A stretch of DNA of 64,000 nt, from NCBI GenBank assembly GCA_050248855.1, contig JBFWRP010000007.1, positions 64,001 to 128,000 of the forward strand, given 5' to 3'. The notes under the pieces were generated by a model. That model searched no databases. It was given only the letters and a program-made list of their open reading frames with translations, and was not told the DNA's origin. How positions within the stretch are numbered: the first letter of the stretch is position 1; each line of letters opens with the position of its first letter. The translations under genes were made by a program, and so were the position numbers. Positions 19,110-28,011 of this stretch are shown one piece after another. Source of the DNA: Planctomycetota bacterium. Its GTDB lineage: Bacteria; Planctomycetota; PLA2; JAEUHO01.

Positions 19110-19778
19110 ATGGACATGGCGGACGTGAGGGACGGTGCGCTGCTCTGCCTCGGGTGCGCCACGCCGCTGCCCACGGGTGCGCATGCCTGCCCGTCGTGCC
19201 TTCGCCCGCAGGACTGGATGGCCAACACGCTGGCCCCGTACGCGCAGTGGTCGCAGGGCTTCCTGCTGGGGAGCGCCGCCACCACGGACCAGCCCCGACT
19301 GATCACGGTGACGGGGCTCATGCTCTTCGCCCTGTCCGAGATCGTGATCCTCTCGTGGGTTGCCCTCGAGGGTGTGGATGACGCCCTCGCGGGCTTCGCG
19401 CACGGCGACATGGCGTGGGCGGTCTTGGTGCTCCTCCTGGGCATGTGGGCGCCCGCCGTGCTTTGGCTGGCTGCGACGTGCTCTGCGGTCGTGCGCTACC
19501 TACGACCCGCCGATGCGGCGCACTCCAAGGGACCAAGCCCTGCCCTGTTGATCCTGGCCCTGGCCGTTCCCGCGGGGCACGTGGTTGCGCGAACCTGGGG
19601 CTGGCTGCCGGGCTCGTCCGCCCTTCACACGAGTCTCTTCTTCGTAGGCTTCGCCGCAGCCGGCTTGGTGCTCGGCGCCTTCTTGGCCCGCTCCCGCACG
19701 GAGCGGGTCTGGACCTCGGAGCTCCCGGACCTCGATGGCCCCGGATCGGGCGTCACGCCCCGAGGCGGCAGGACGTAA
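19110..19778 (+). CDS. Membrane protein with an N-terminal zinc ribbon
   Basis: CLGC..ACPSC followed by about four hydrophobic segments. Confidence 0.6.
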   Translation: MDMADVRDGALLCLGCATPLPTGAHACPSCLRPQDWMANTLAPYAQWSQGFLLGSAATTDQPRLITVTGLMLFALSEIVILSWVALEGVDDALAGFAHGDMAWAVLVLLLGMWAPAVLWLAATCSAVVRYLRPADAAHSKGPSPALLILALAVPAGHVVARTWGWLPGSSALHTSLFFVGFAAAGLVLGAFLARSRTERVWTSELPDLDGPGSGVTPRGGRT

Positions 19779-20298
19779 GCACGTCGAAGCCCGCTCGCAC
19801 TTCCAGGTCCGTGCGCACGAGATCGATCGAGACGACGCGCGCCTCGAGGGGCACGAGGGCGCGCGCGCGATCCACGGCGCCGCCGACGCGCGCGATCTCC
19901 ACGCCGTGGCCGACTGTGATGTGCGGGCACCAGGCTCCCGGTCGATAGAGGGGCGAGCAGTCCGCGCCGGCGCGGGCGAACGCGCCCATGGCGATCGCGT
20001 GCACGTCCAGCAGCTGGCGGGTGGTTGCCGGCGCGAGGAAGACCACGCCCCCGTCGCCGCCGAACGTCCCCACGGCGGGAACGTCGAGCGTGAACGGCTG
20101 GACGCCGGCGAACGCCGCCTCGACCTCCGCCGCCAGCCGCTTGGGTGCCGGGTCCTCGCCCAGGGTCAGCGTGAGGTGCGCGGGCACCTTGAGGCCCACG
20201 AGGTCCACGCCCCCACAGGCCCGGTAGAGCATCTGCGTGTGCGTACGCACGCGCTGGGCAAGGGACTCCTCGAACCTGAGCACGATCCCGAACGACAT
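19753..20298 (-). CDS. 2H phosphoesterase / 2'-5' RNA ligase family protein
   Basis: Two HxT motifs (PAHLTL and PHITV). Confidence 0.85.
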   Translation of the reverse strand: MSFGIVLRFEESLAQRVRTHTQMLYRACGGVDLVGLKVPAHLTLTLGEDPAPKRLAAEVEAAFAGVQPFTLDVPAVGTFGGDGGVVFLAPATTRQLLDVHAIAMGAFARAGADCSPLYRPGAWCPHITVGHGVEIARVGGAVDRARALVPLEARVVSIDLVRTDLEVRAGFDVLTSCRLGA

Positions 20299-20352
20299 CC
20301 GCGGGAGGATACGCGCGACGGTGCCCGGCTCGCGTTGGCGCCGCAGCGGGCG

Positions 20353-21324
20353 TCAGCGCGACGGCTGGAGCGACGGCGCGACGGGCACCTTGACGGTGGT
20401 GCGGATCTGGACGTGCATCATCTCGGGCAGCATCACGGTCACGGGCGCGAACGACGAGCCGAGCGTGGTCGCGAACAGGTCGATCGGACGGCGCAGCACG
20501 GTGAAGTCGTCGCGGATCTCGGTGGTCAGGTAGCCGCCATCGCCCGGCCGGCTCGCACCGCCCGCGGAGGTTCCCGCGGCCGCGGCGGCGCGCACCTCGC
20601 GCGCACGCTGGACGAGCTTGTCCGCGGCGGCCAGAGCCTCGTCGATGCGCTCGCGCGGCACGCCGGTTTCCTCGGCCAGGGTGCGTAGCGCCTTGCGTGC
20701 TTCCTCGCGCTGGACGGGATCCGCGCTCACGAGCTGCCCCACCAGGCGACGGACCTCGTGCGAACGCGCCGCCAGACGCCGCGCCGTCTCCTGCGCGGCC
20801 GCGGCCTCACGGGCCGCGGCGTCGGCGTTGCGCCATTCCTCGGGCGTGTACCAGCGGTCGCCGTGACGCTCGAGGCCGCGCGCACGCTGGGCCTCGTCCG
20901 GGTGCATCCACTGGCCGCGGAAGCGCACGTGGCCCAGCACCTCGTGGGCCGTGGCGTCCTCGGGGTCGATCGCCAACACGGCGCGCGACAGCTGCTGCGC
21001 CTCGTCGAGACGGCCGACGTCGCGCAGCCATGCGGCGAGCGTCGCACGGCCCGCCGTGTCGTCGGGCTCGAGGCGCCGGAGCGCCTGCTCGATCTGCGCG
21101 TCGAGCGACGGGCCGGCGATGTGCTTGCGGACGTCGACGGCGGGCAGCTCGACGACGCCGAAGCGACTGGCCACGCGCCAGACGTCACCGTCGCGGACGG
21201 CCACGCCCTCGACGATGCGTCCATCGGCCAGCTCGAGAACGTCGGCGCGAGCCTCGGCGGCGACGCACGCCACCAAGGCCACCGCGAGCAAGGCGCCTAC
21301 GCAGCGCACGAGGGCGCTCCTCAC
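20353..21324 (-). CDS. Secreted protein, paralog 2 of a tandem pair
   Basis: Signal peptide ending ARA-DVLEL.DGR. TPR-like segment, LGHVRFRGQW..GLERHGDRWYTPEEW motif and a HEAT-like repeat. Confidence 0.8.
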   Translation of the reverse strand: MRSALVRCVGALLAVALVACVAAEARADVLELADGRIVEGVAVRDGDVWRVASRFGVVELPAVDVRKHIAGPSLDAQIEQALRRLEPDDTAGRATLAAWLRDVGRLDEAQQLSRAVLAIDPEDATAHEVLGHVRFRGQWMHPDEAQRARGLERHGDRWYTPEEWRNADAAAREAAAAQETARRLAARSHEVRRLVGQLVSADPVQREEARKALRTLAEETGVPRERIDEALAAADKLVQRAREVRAAAAAGTSAGGASRPGDGGYLTTEIRDDFTVLRRPIDLFATTLGSSFAPVTVMLPEMMHVQIRTTVKVPVAPSLQPSR

Positions 21325-22268
21325 GGACCGACGACGGGGATCACGCCCGTCGTGCGAACGCGGATGACCTCGAGCTCGGGCAGCTGGAGCGTGACCGGTG
21401 CGCTGGGGAACGGGCCCGAAGCCAGGTTGGTCGTGACCTGCTGGATGGGCCGCTTGAGCTTGGCGAGCGTCACGCGGAAGGTGCTCATGACCTCACCCAT
21501 CATCATGCTGTCGCCGAGCTCCGCCGCGCGGGCCTGGGCTTCGTCCACGGCCTGGACGTACTCGTCCATGCGCGGGATGAGCGCCTCGATGGTCTCGTTG
21601 CCCGACTCCTTGGCCAGACGCTCCAAGCGCGTCCGTGCCCGCTGGCGCACGGCGCGGTCGGGGCTGGTCATGAGGTTCATGAGCCGCTGCGCCTCCCGCG
21701 CGGTGCGCGCGCGCTGCTCGCGCTCCTCCAGGGCCGAAGCCGCGTTGCGCTCTTCGGCGCCGACGTTGGCCCACTCCTCGGGCGTGTACCAACGATCACC
21801 GTGACGCTCGAGCCCCTCGGCGCGTCGGGCTTCGTCGGGGTGCATCCACTGGCCGCGGAAGCGCACGTGGCCCAGCAGCGCGTGGGCGTCGGCCTGCTCG
21901 GGGTCGCAGGCCAGTACCTCTTCGGCCAGGGCGCGGGCCTCCTCGTCGCGCCCGAGACCCTTGAGCCACGCTGCGACGCGCACGCGGTTGGCGAAATCGT
22001 CCGCAGCCAGCTTGGCCAGGACGGCCTTCACCTGGGTGTCGGCCGCAGCGCCCTCGTGACGCGCGACGACGTCGGCAGCCGGGATGCTGCTGACACCGAA
22101 ACGGCTGAGCACGAGCAGCTCGTCGCCGGACTTGACGACGACGCCCTCGACGAGCCGGCCGTCGGAGAGCTCCAGGACGTCGGCGCGGGCCGGGCCGGAC
22201 GTGGCCGCGACGAGTCCGACGAGGCCGAGCGCCAGGGCAAGGGCGCGGCGGAGGCGGAAGGGCGTCAT
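21321..22268 (-). CDS. Secreted protein, paralog 1 of a tandem pair
   Basis: GGAG RBS. Same architecture as 20353-21324, with a GTGA overlap between the two genes. Confidence 0.8.
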   Translation of the reverse strand: MTPFRLRRALALALGLVGLVAATSGPARADVLELSDGRLVEGVVVKSGDELLVLSRFGVSSIPAADVVARHEGAAADTQVKAVLAKLAADDFANRVRVAAWLKGLGRDEEARALAEEVLACDPEQADAHALLGHVRFRGQWMHPDEARRAEGLERHGDRWYTPEEWANVGAEERNAASALEEREQRARTAREAQRLMNLMTSPDRAVRQRARTRLERLAKESGNETIEALIPRMDEYVQAVDEAQARAAELGDSMMMGEVMSTFRVTLAKLKRPIQQVTTNLASGPFPSAPVTLQLPELEVIRVRTTGVIPVVGP

Positions 22269-22300
22269 GGAGGCATCTCCTCGGGCGGGGCACACCTTGC

Positions 22301-22326
22301 AACGCCCCGGGCGTCGGCAAGTTGCA
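22301..22326 (-). promoter_or_regulatory. Candidate ECF-sigma promoter
   Basis: The minus strand reads TGCAAC-N16-CGTT, 33 nt upstream of the ATG at 22268. Confidence 0.5.
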
Positions 22327-22347
22327 GGTTGTAGGACCGAGGCCCCA

Positions 22348-22818
22348 TCATCCGGCGTCGGGTCGCTCGGCGTCGCGGGCGGCCACGAGCTGCCAGCCCC
22401 GGGGGGCCGTCGCGTCGGGCTGCCAGACGAAGTCCACGGCGAGCGCCCCGGCCTCGCCCGCCCCCTGGCCCAGGCCGAACGGGGTGGGCTGGCGAAGCCC
22501 CAGGAAGACCACCGTCGTCCGGGCCCGGCTCGGGTCCACCGCGAGGACGCGCCACTTGGCTCCCTCCACGGTGCGGGCCAGCCGCTCCCAGCCGACTGCG
22601 GCCTGGAAGCCCCGGGCCTCGGGCGCCAGGCGGGACCAGACGTCCGCCACGTCTCCGGCCGCCAGCGCCCGCGCGACGTCCTCCGCGGCGCCGTGGAGCC
22701 TCCCCGCGGGCGTAGCGGGCACGCGCCGGGCCACGAACACGGCCAGCGCCAGGAGCACGCCGAGCGCGACGAGGGGCAGCCAGGTGGCGGCATCGGGGCG
22801 GGGACGGAGCGGCGACAT
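22348..22818 (-). CDS. Hypothetical membrane-anchored protein
   Basis: N-terminal TM segment (WLPLVALGVLLALAVFVA). The ORF fills the gap. Confidence 0.5.
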   Translation of the reverse strand: MSPLRPRPDAATWLPLVALGVLLALAVFVARRVPATPAGRLHGAAEDVARALAAGDVADVWSRLAPEARGFQAAVGWERLARTVEGAKWRVLAVDPSRARTTVVFLGLRQPTPFGLGQGAGEAGALAVDFVWQPDATAPRGWQLVAARDAERPDAG

Positions 22819-22964
22819 CCCCCCCATCCTGCCCCCAAGCACGCCTTCCCCGCGACCGTGGGCCCATCGCCCCGTCCGTTCCCAACGCAGCCCGGGCCGC
22901 CGACGTACGACAGGGGAGCGGAGCGGGTCCACACGGCGTGTCCGGCTCCTTCTCGGGAGGTCCC

Positions 22965-23990
22965 ATGTCACGTCCTGCGCTGCTCGCGTCCGTTCCCTTC
23001 CTGACCCTGGCGGCACTCGCTGCAGCCTTCGTGGCCGCGCCCGCCCCAGCGCGCGCCGACGAGCCCACGCCCACCGCTCCGTCCACGAGCGAGACCGTCG
23101 AAGAGGAGGCGTTCGTCGTGGAGCACGACGGGCAGCCGCTGCGCGTGCGCGTACGTCGTCTGCTCGGCGGCGAGGGCGTGGAGGTCGAGGCCACGGACGA
23201 GGCGCCGCGCGTGATGAAGGCCGTACGCATCGTGCGGCCGGGAGGCCCGGTCCAGGGTCTGCCGGGCGGTGGCCCGAGGATCCTGGGCGGCGAGCTGGAG
23301 GGCATGACCGACGCCCATCCGCGCATGCGGCGCTTGCGCGAGCTGTTCCTCCGGGGCGGCGCGACGGACGGTGACGACGCTCCCCTGATGCGGCGTGTCG
23401 AGCGCCTCGAGCAGGAGAACCGTCGCATGCGCGGCGAGCTCACGCGGCTGCAGCACCAGATGCAGCGCTTGATGGGCGCGCGCGGCATGGACCGCCCGCA
23501 GGCGCCGTCGCGCGGCAGCGAGGATCGCCTCGAGCGCATCGAGAAGCTGCTCGAGAAGCTCATCGCGCAGAAGGGGGACGCAGCCCGGGATCCCGGCCCG
23601 CGGCTCGGCGTGGGACCCGGCATCCTCCTGCGCACGCCGCACGTCGCCGAGCAGCCGTTGGGCATCGACTTCGAGCACGCCCAGCGCGAGATGCGCGAGC
23701 GCATGGAGCGGGCGCAGAAGGAAGCAGCCGAGCAGCGCGAGCGCATGCAGAAGGAACACGCTGCCCAGCGTGAGCACATGCAGGCGGAGCAGGCCCAGCA
23801 ACGGATGCGCGTCGAGGCACGCATGCGCGAAGTCGAGCGCACGCTCGACCAGCTCGAGATGCGCTTGCGCGAGGCCGACCAGGCACGCCGTGCGGCCCTG
23901 GAAGAGGCCGCCGCGCTCCGCGCCCAGAAGGCCGCACTCGAGGAGGCACTGCGCGCCGCCCAGGAGAAGGCCGCCGCCGGCGCGAAGTAG
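22965..23990 (+). CDS. Secreted coiled-coil protein
   Basis: GGAGG RBS, signal peptide ending APARA, long E/R/Q/M-rich helical stretches. Confidence 0.7.
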   Translation: MSRPALLASVPFLTLAALAAAFVAAPAPARADEPTPTAPSTSETVEEEAFVVEHDGQPLRVRVRRLLGGEGVEVEATDEAPRVMKAVRIVRPGGPVQGLPGGGPRILGGELEGMTDAHPRMRRLRELFLRGGATDGDDAPLMRRVERLEQENRRMRGELTRLQHQMQRLMGARGMDRPQAPSRGSEDRLERIEKLLEKLIAQKGDAARDPGPRLGVGPGILLRTPHVAEQPLGIDFEHAQREMRERMERAQKEAAEQRERMQKEHAAQREHMQAEQAQQRMRVEARMREVERTLDQLEMRLREADQARRAALEEAAALRAQKAALEEALRAAQEKAAAGAK

Positions 23991-24104
23991 ACGCCGGGCC
24001 CCGAGGCGAGCGCTCGTCCCCCCGGGGACGGGCCGCGTGCGGAGGCGGGCGGGCTATAAGGGGGTGCCGCCCTGCCGGGGCGGCCCCGCGCCCGGAGCCT
24101 GCCC

Positions 24105-26888
24105 GTGATCCGACGACACCTGCCCCGCGTCCTGCTGGGTGCCGCCGCCCTCGCCCTCCTCGCCGCGGGACTGCTGCGCGGTGCCTCCGTCGACGCCGGC
24201 AACACGTACCGCCTCGAGGGCGCCCCCGACGACATCTACGACGAGATCGCGAAGATCCACGAGCGCAAGGACGTGGAGGCGGCCCTGCCGCTGCTCGAGG
24301 CCGCGGTCGAGTTCTCCGACCCCTACCTCGCCGTCGCCGCGGGCGAAGCGCTGCGCGCCATGGGCGAGGAGGCCCTTGCGACCTCTCTCTTGGCGAACGG
24401 CGACTTCAAGAAGTGGTGGAAGAAGGCGCTGAAGGCCAAGGAGGACCGCGAGCAGATCGCGCTCGCCCACGTGCTCGGCGCCTGGCGACACCCCGAAGTC
24501 GACGAAGGCATGGCCCACCTTGCCAGCGGCCGCCGCTCGGTCGAAGTGCAAGCCGCAAGCCTCTGCCTGGCCGGCTCGCTCCAGCCGGGCAAGGGACGCG
24601 AGTTCCCCGAGACGAAGAGGGCCATCGGCGATGCGCTGCGCAAGGGGCGCAACCAGGAGATCCTCTGTGCGGCGGCGTCGGCCGCCGGTCGCTGGCGCGA
24701 CAAGGACTTCGAGGAGGCCCTGGTCGGCATCGTCAAGGGTGACCGCGACGAGTACCCCGGGCTCTACGCCGTGTGGGCCCTCAAGCAGATCGGCTACGAG
24801 GGCGGCATCTCGTCTTTCGTCTACGTCGCGTCGAAGAGCCCGAAGAAGACGACGCTGCAGGCCAACCTGAAGGCCATCACCGAGCTGGCCACGCTCAGGG
24901 ACGTGGACGAGCTCCTCGGCCTGAGCCGCACCTCCAAGCAGGACTTGCGCGACGCGGCCGTCTTGGCCCTGGCGCGCCTGCCGTGGCGTTCCGTGCGGGG
25001 TCGTCTTCCGGGTCAGGAGCCGCCTTCCGAGGCGGTCGTCACGGGCGAGAAGACCCGGAAGGCGATCATCGAACCGCTGCCCGACCCCAAGCTGGACATC
25101 CCGGACAAGGTCGTGGAGCGCCTGATCCAGATCGTGCGCGAGGACTCCAGCTGGGAAGTCCGTGACGCGGCACGCCAGGGGCTGCTCCGCTTCGGCAAGC
25201 GTGCCGAGGCCAAGGTCGTCGCCGACATGCCCTCCCTCGTGACGGCGAGCAGCGCAGACGTCGCCTACACGGCGATCGAGCTCTGTGGCCGCTTCGGAGC
25301 CAAGGCCGCGTACGACGACCTCCTCAAGATCGCGCTCTACGAACAGAAGGACCGCGCGCTGCGCATGTTCGCGTACCGCGCGCTCGAGGGCATCGACCCC
25401 GACAAGGCGGTGGCGGACTACAAGGAAGCCTTCCGCCCCCGACCCAAGCCCAAGGAGAGCGAAGTCTCCGCCGTGCGCGGCCTCGGCTACATCCGCACGA
25501 AGGCGTCCTTCGACGCCCTGCTCGACCTCGTCACCTCCGTGCAGCCCTACAGCGAGGAGATGCTGCGCGAGGGGGAGCTGGCCCTGGAGCGGCTCACCAG
25601 CCATCGCTTCGGGCGTCTGCGCAGCTCGTGGACGTCGTGGTACGAGCGCGTTGAGGCGCCCTTCTCGCCCCGCATCAAGGAGTTCGACCGGGCGGCCAAT
25701 CGACGGGCGGCCATGGACAAGGGCCTGTTCGGCCTGACCCAGGCCACGGAGCGCGCCGTGGAGGACGGGCTCCGCTGGCTCGCCCGCCAGCAGCATCCGA
25801 TCGGCGTGTGGGACGGCAACGAGAAGGGCTTCGGCGGCGTCGTGAACTGCGAGCCCGCCTACACCGGCCTCTCGCTGCTGGCCTTCCTGGGCGCCGGGTA
25901 CCAGGGCGACCACGGCAAGCACAGCGAGACCATCCGCCGCGCGTCCGAGTTCCTGGCGGCGACGCAGTTCTACGACGGCGGGTTCCCCGTCACGGGAGGC
26001 GGCGACGACAGCTGGATCTACGCGTACCTGATCGGCATGGCCGTCTGGGGGCTCAACGAGGCCTACGGCCTGACGGGCGACGAGGCCTTGGCCGAGCCCG
26101 CGCAATGGGGCATCGACTACCTCGTGCGCGTACAGACGCCGGGCGCCGGCTGGCGCTACGGGCCGCGGTACGTGCAGAGCGACACGTCGTGCACGTCGTG
26201 GGTGCTGATGGCCACGAAGATGGCCGACATGCTGGGTCTGGATGTCGCCCAGAAGAGCTGGGACGGCATCGATGACTGGCTGGAGCGCTGCTCGCTGGAC
26301 ATCACGGGCGAGGTCGAGAAGCCCGAGGACCTCTCCGACGACTACGAGCATGAAGTCGGCATCCAGCGCCAGTTCGAGGCCTTCACCAGCTACTTCGAGC
26401 TGGAAGGCAAGGACACGCGCGGCGCCCAGAAGATCAGCATGACGGCAGTCGGCATGGTCTGCCGCTTCTTCATGGGCTGGAAGCGCAGCCACCCGTTCCA
26501 GATCGGGTCGGCGAACTTCCTGATGAAGTTCACGCCCGAGTGGATGAGCGGCATGACGCAAGACCAGAACGTCGCTTGGTACCACTACTACTGGTACTAC
26601 GGCACTCTCGCGATGCATCAGATGGGTGGCAAGTACTGGCGCGCGTGGAACCAGAAGATCAAGAAGATGTATCCCGAGAAGCAACGCCAGTCGCCCGATG
26701 AGCTACGCGGCTCGTGGGACCCGGATCCCACCGTGCTCAACGGCGGCCGCATCTTCTCGACGGCCATGTCGATCCTGAGCCTGGAGTCCTACTACCGATT
26801 CTCGCCCTTGCTTGGCGAGAAGGGGGCCGAGGACGGAGTCGGCGACGACAAGGACGCCGGCGCACCCGACGGCGGCGGCTCCAAGTAA
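24105..26888 (+). CDS. Secreted HEAT-repeat + prenyltransferase/squalene-oxidase-repeat protein
   Basis: Signal peptide and HEAT repeats. C-terminal 'AVEDGLRWLARQQ..G.W', 'TGLSLLAFLGAG', 'GWRY', 'YYWYYGT', 'STAMSILSLESYYR'. Confidence 0.85.
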   Translation: MIRRHLPRVLLGAAALALLAAGLLRGASVDAGNTYRLEGAPDDIYDEIAKIHERKDVEAALPLLEAAVEFSDPYLAVAAGEALRAMGEEALATSLLANGDFKKWWKKALKAKEDREQIALAHVLGAWRHPEVDEGMAHLASGRRSVEVQAASLCLAGSLQPGKGREFPETKRAIGDALRKGRNQEILCAAASAAGRWRDKDFEEALVGIVKGDRDEYPGLYAVWALKQIGYEGGISSFVYVASKSPKKTTLQANLKAITELATLRDVDELLGLSRTSKQDLRDAAVLALARLPWRSVRGRLPGQEPPSEAVVTGEKTRKAIIEPLPDPKLDIPDKVVERLIQIVREDSSWEVRDAARQGLLRFGKRAEAKVVADMPSLVTASSADVAYTAIELCGRFGAKAAYDDLLKIALYEQKDRALRMFAYRALEGIDPDKAVADYKEAFRPRPKPKESEVSAVRGLGYIRTKASFDALLDLVTSVQPYSEEMLREGELALERLTSHRFGRLRSSWTSWYERVEAPFSPRIKEFDRAANRRAAMDKGLFGLTQATERAVEDGLRWLARQQHPIGVWDGNEKGFGGVVNCEPAYTGLSLLAFLGAGYQGDHGKHSETIRRASEFLAATQFYDGGFPVTGGGDDSWIYAYLIGMAVWGLNEAYGLTGDEALAEPAQWGIDYLVRVQTPGAGWRYGPRYVQSDTSCTSWVLMATKMADMLGLDVAQKSWDGIDDWLERCSLDITGEVEKPEDLSDDYEHEVGIQRQFEAFTSYFELEGKDTRGAQKISMTAVGMVCRFFMGWKRSHPFQIGSANFLMKFTPEWMSGMTQDQNVAWYHYYWYYGTLAMHQMGGKYWRAWNQKIKKMYPEKQRQSPDELRGSWDPDPTVLNGGRIFSTAMSILSLESYYRFSPLLGEKGAEDGVGDDKDAGAPDGGGSK

Positions 26889-26891
26889 CCA

Positions 26892-26921
26892 CGTACGGTG
26901 CCAGAGCAATTCCTATCACTC
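26892..26921 (+). repeat. Left inverted repeat CGTACGGTGCCAGAGCAATTCCTATCACTC
   Basis: 30/30 match to the reverse complement of 27965-27994. Confidence 0.95.
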
Positions 26922-27909
26922 ACTGCGGCTCCAGGCAGGCGCCGGCGAGTCGGGCCGCGACCCTCGCGTACTCCTCGTCGATGCGGAGCAGGTTGGCGTG
27001 CTGCTCCACTCGACGCCTCGCCATGTTCGGCGAGCTGCCCGTTCTGCGACCGATCTCGGCGTAGGTCTGCCCGGCCAGGTCGCGAAGCAGCCCCATTTCG
27101 AGGACCGGCCATGCATCCGGTATCCGCACGCCCGGAGACTTGTGGGCGAACGCTCCGTAGAGCCCACGCTCACGTGCGACGAGCTTCGCCACCCGGCTGG
27201 CGCTTACGTAGGGTTGGCCGGACTTCGTACCATCTGCCAGGCGGGCCTTGCTCAGCATCCAGGCCAGGACCTTGGGCGGGGCTGCTCCGACCAAGTCGTC
27301 CCAGTCGTCATCGGAGGCTGCGTGGGCCAGCCGCGCCTCCACGATGCGCCGCTCCTCGTCCATGAGCGGCCGCCCGAAGCACCGGGCATAGGCCACCGCA
27401 CGATCCCGAGGGGCCGGACTGCCCATGGTGCGGTCCACATAGTCCGTCGCCAGCCAGCGAGGCCGGCGTTCGCTGGCGTACAGGGCGGCACTGCCCCACG
27501 GGTAGCGATCCGCCGACGAGACAAGGCGAGCGTGGGGTGCGTTCTGGTCGATGTAGCGGACCAAGACGTACAGGTAGCGCGCCGATTCGACGGGCTTGGC
27601 ACGGTAGCGCCCTCGGAAGAGCGGACCGTCACGCTTGCGCGTTCGATTGAAGTAGCGGACGTACCGATTCGTTACGCGTTGCATGACGCAAGCGAGCTCG
27701 CCGGTTTGGCTTCGCACGAGCAAGTGGAAGTGCGTCGTGAGGATGACGAACGCCAAGACCTCGATGCGACGCGCTCGGACCTCCAGCGCCAGCAGGGCCA
27801 GGAAGTAGCGGACGTCACGCCGAGTCTCGAACGTGGTCCGGCGCGCGATGCCCCGGTTCATCACATGGTGCAGCAGTCCGGGTGCATCGAAGCGCCGAGG
27901 GCGAGACAT
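26920..27909 (-). CDS. HUH Y1 tyrosine transposase (RAYT/IS200-like) with C-terminal HTH
   Basis: MSRPRR..HHVMNRG, HUH motif 'THFHLLV', 'FNR..KRDGPLFRGRY', catalytic 'RYIDQN', 'YPWGS'. C-terminal 'TYAEIGRRTG'. GGAGG RBS. Confidence 0.92.
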   Translation of the reverse strand: MSRPRRFDAPGLLHHVMNRGIARRTTFETRRDVRYFLALLALEVRARRIEVLAFVILTTHFHLLVRSQTGELACVMQRVTNRYVRYFNRTRKRDGPLFRGRYRAKPVESARYLYVLVRYIDQNAPHARLVSSADRYPWGSAALYASERRPRWLATDYVDRTMGSPAPRDRAVAYARCFGRPLMDEERRIVEARLAHAASDDDWDDLVGAAPPKVLAWMLSKARLADGTKSGQPYVSASRVAKLVARERGLYGAFAHKSPGVRIPDAWPVLEMGLLRDLAGQTYAEIGRRTGSSPNMARRRVEQHANLLRIDEEYARVAARLAGACLEPQ

Positions 27910-27964
27910 GGCGATCCTCCGGGAGTCGCCTTCGCCTCGCGGAGCCAGCCGGACCGGTCACGCC

Positions 27965-27994
27965 GAGTGATAGGAATTGCTCTGGCACCGTACG
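27965..27994 (-). repeat. Right inverted repeat GAGTGATAGGAATTGCTCTGGCACCGTACG
   Basis: 30/30 match to the reverse complement of 26892-26921. Confidence 0.95.
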
Positions 27995-28011
27995 GTCAAG
28001 TAACCGTACGG

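Larger units (their letters stand above)
26891..27996. mobile_element. IS-like element carrying a Y1/RAYT-like transposase, with 30-bp inverted repeats and a 9-bp flanking direct repeat
   Basis: 26892-26921 is the exact reverse complement of 27965-27994. CAAGTAACC occurs at 26882-26890 and at 27997-28005. The interior is visibly less GC-rich than the flanks. Confidence 0.8.

Noticed and set aside
26920..27909. IS200/IS605 element with TnpB/omega RNA
   Set aside because: There is no tnpB or iscB ORF and no room for one inside the repeats.
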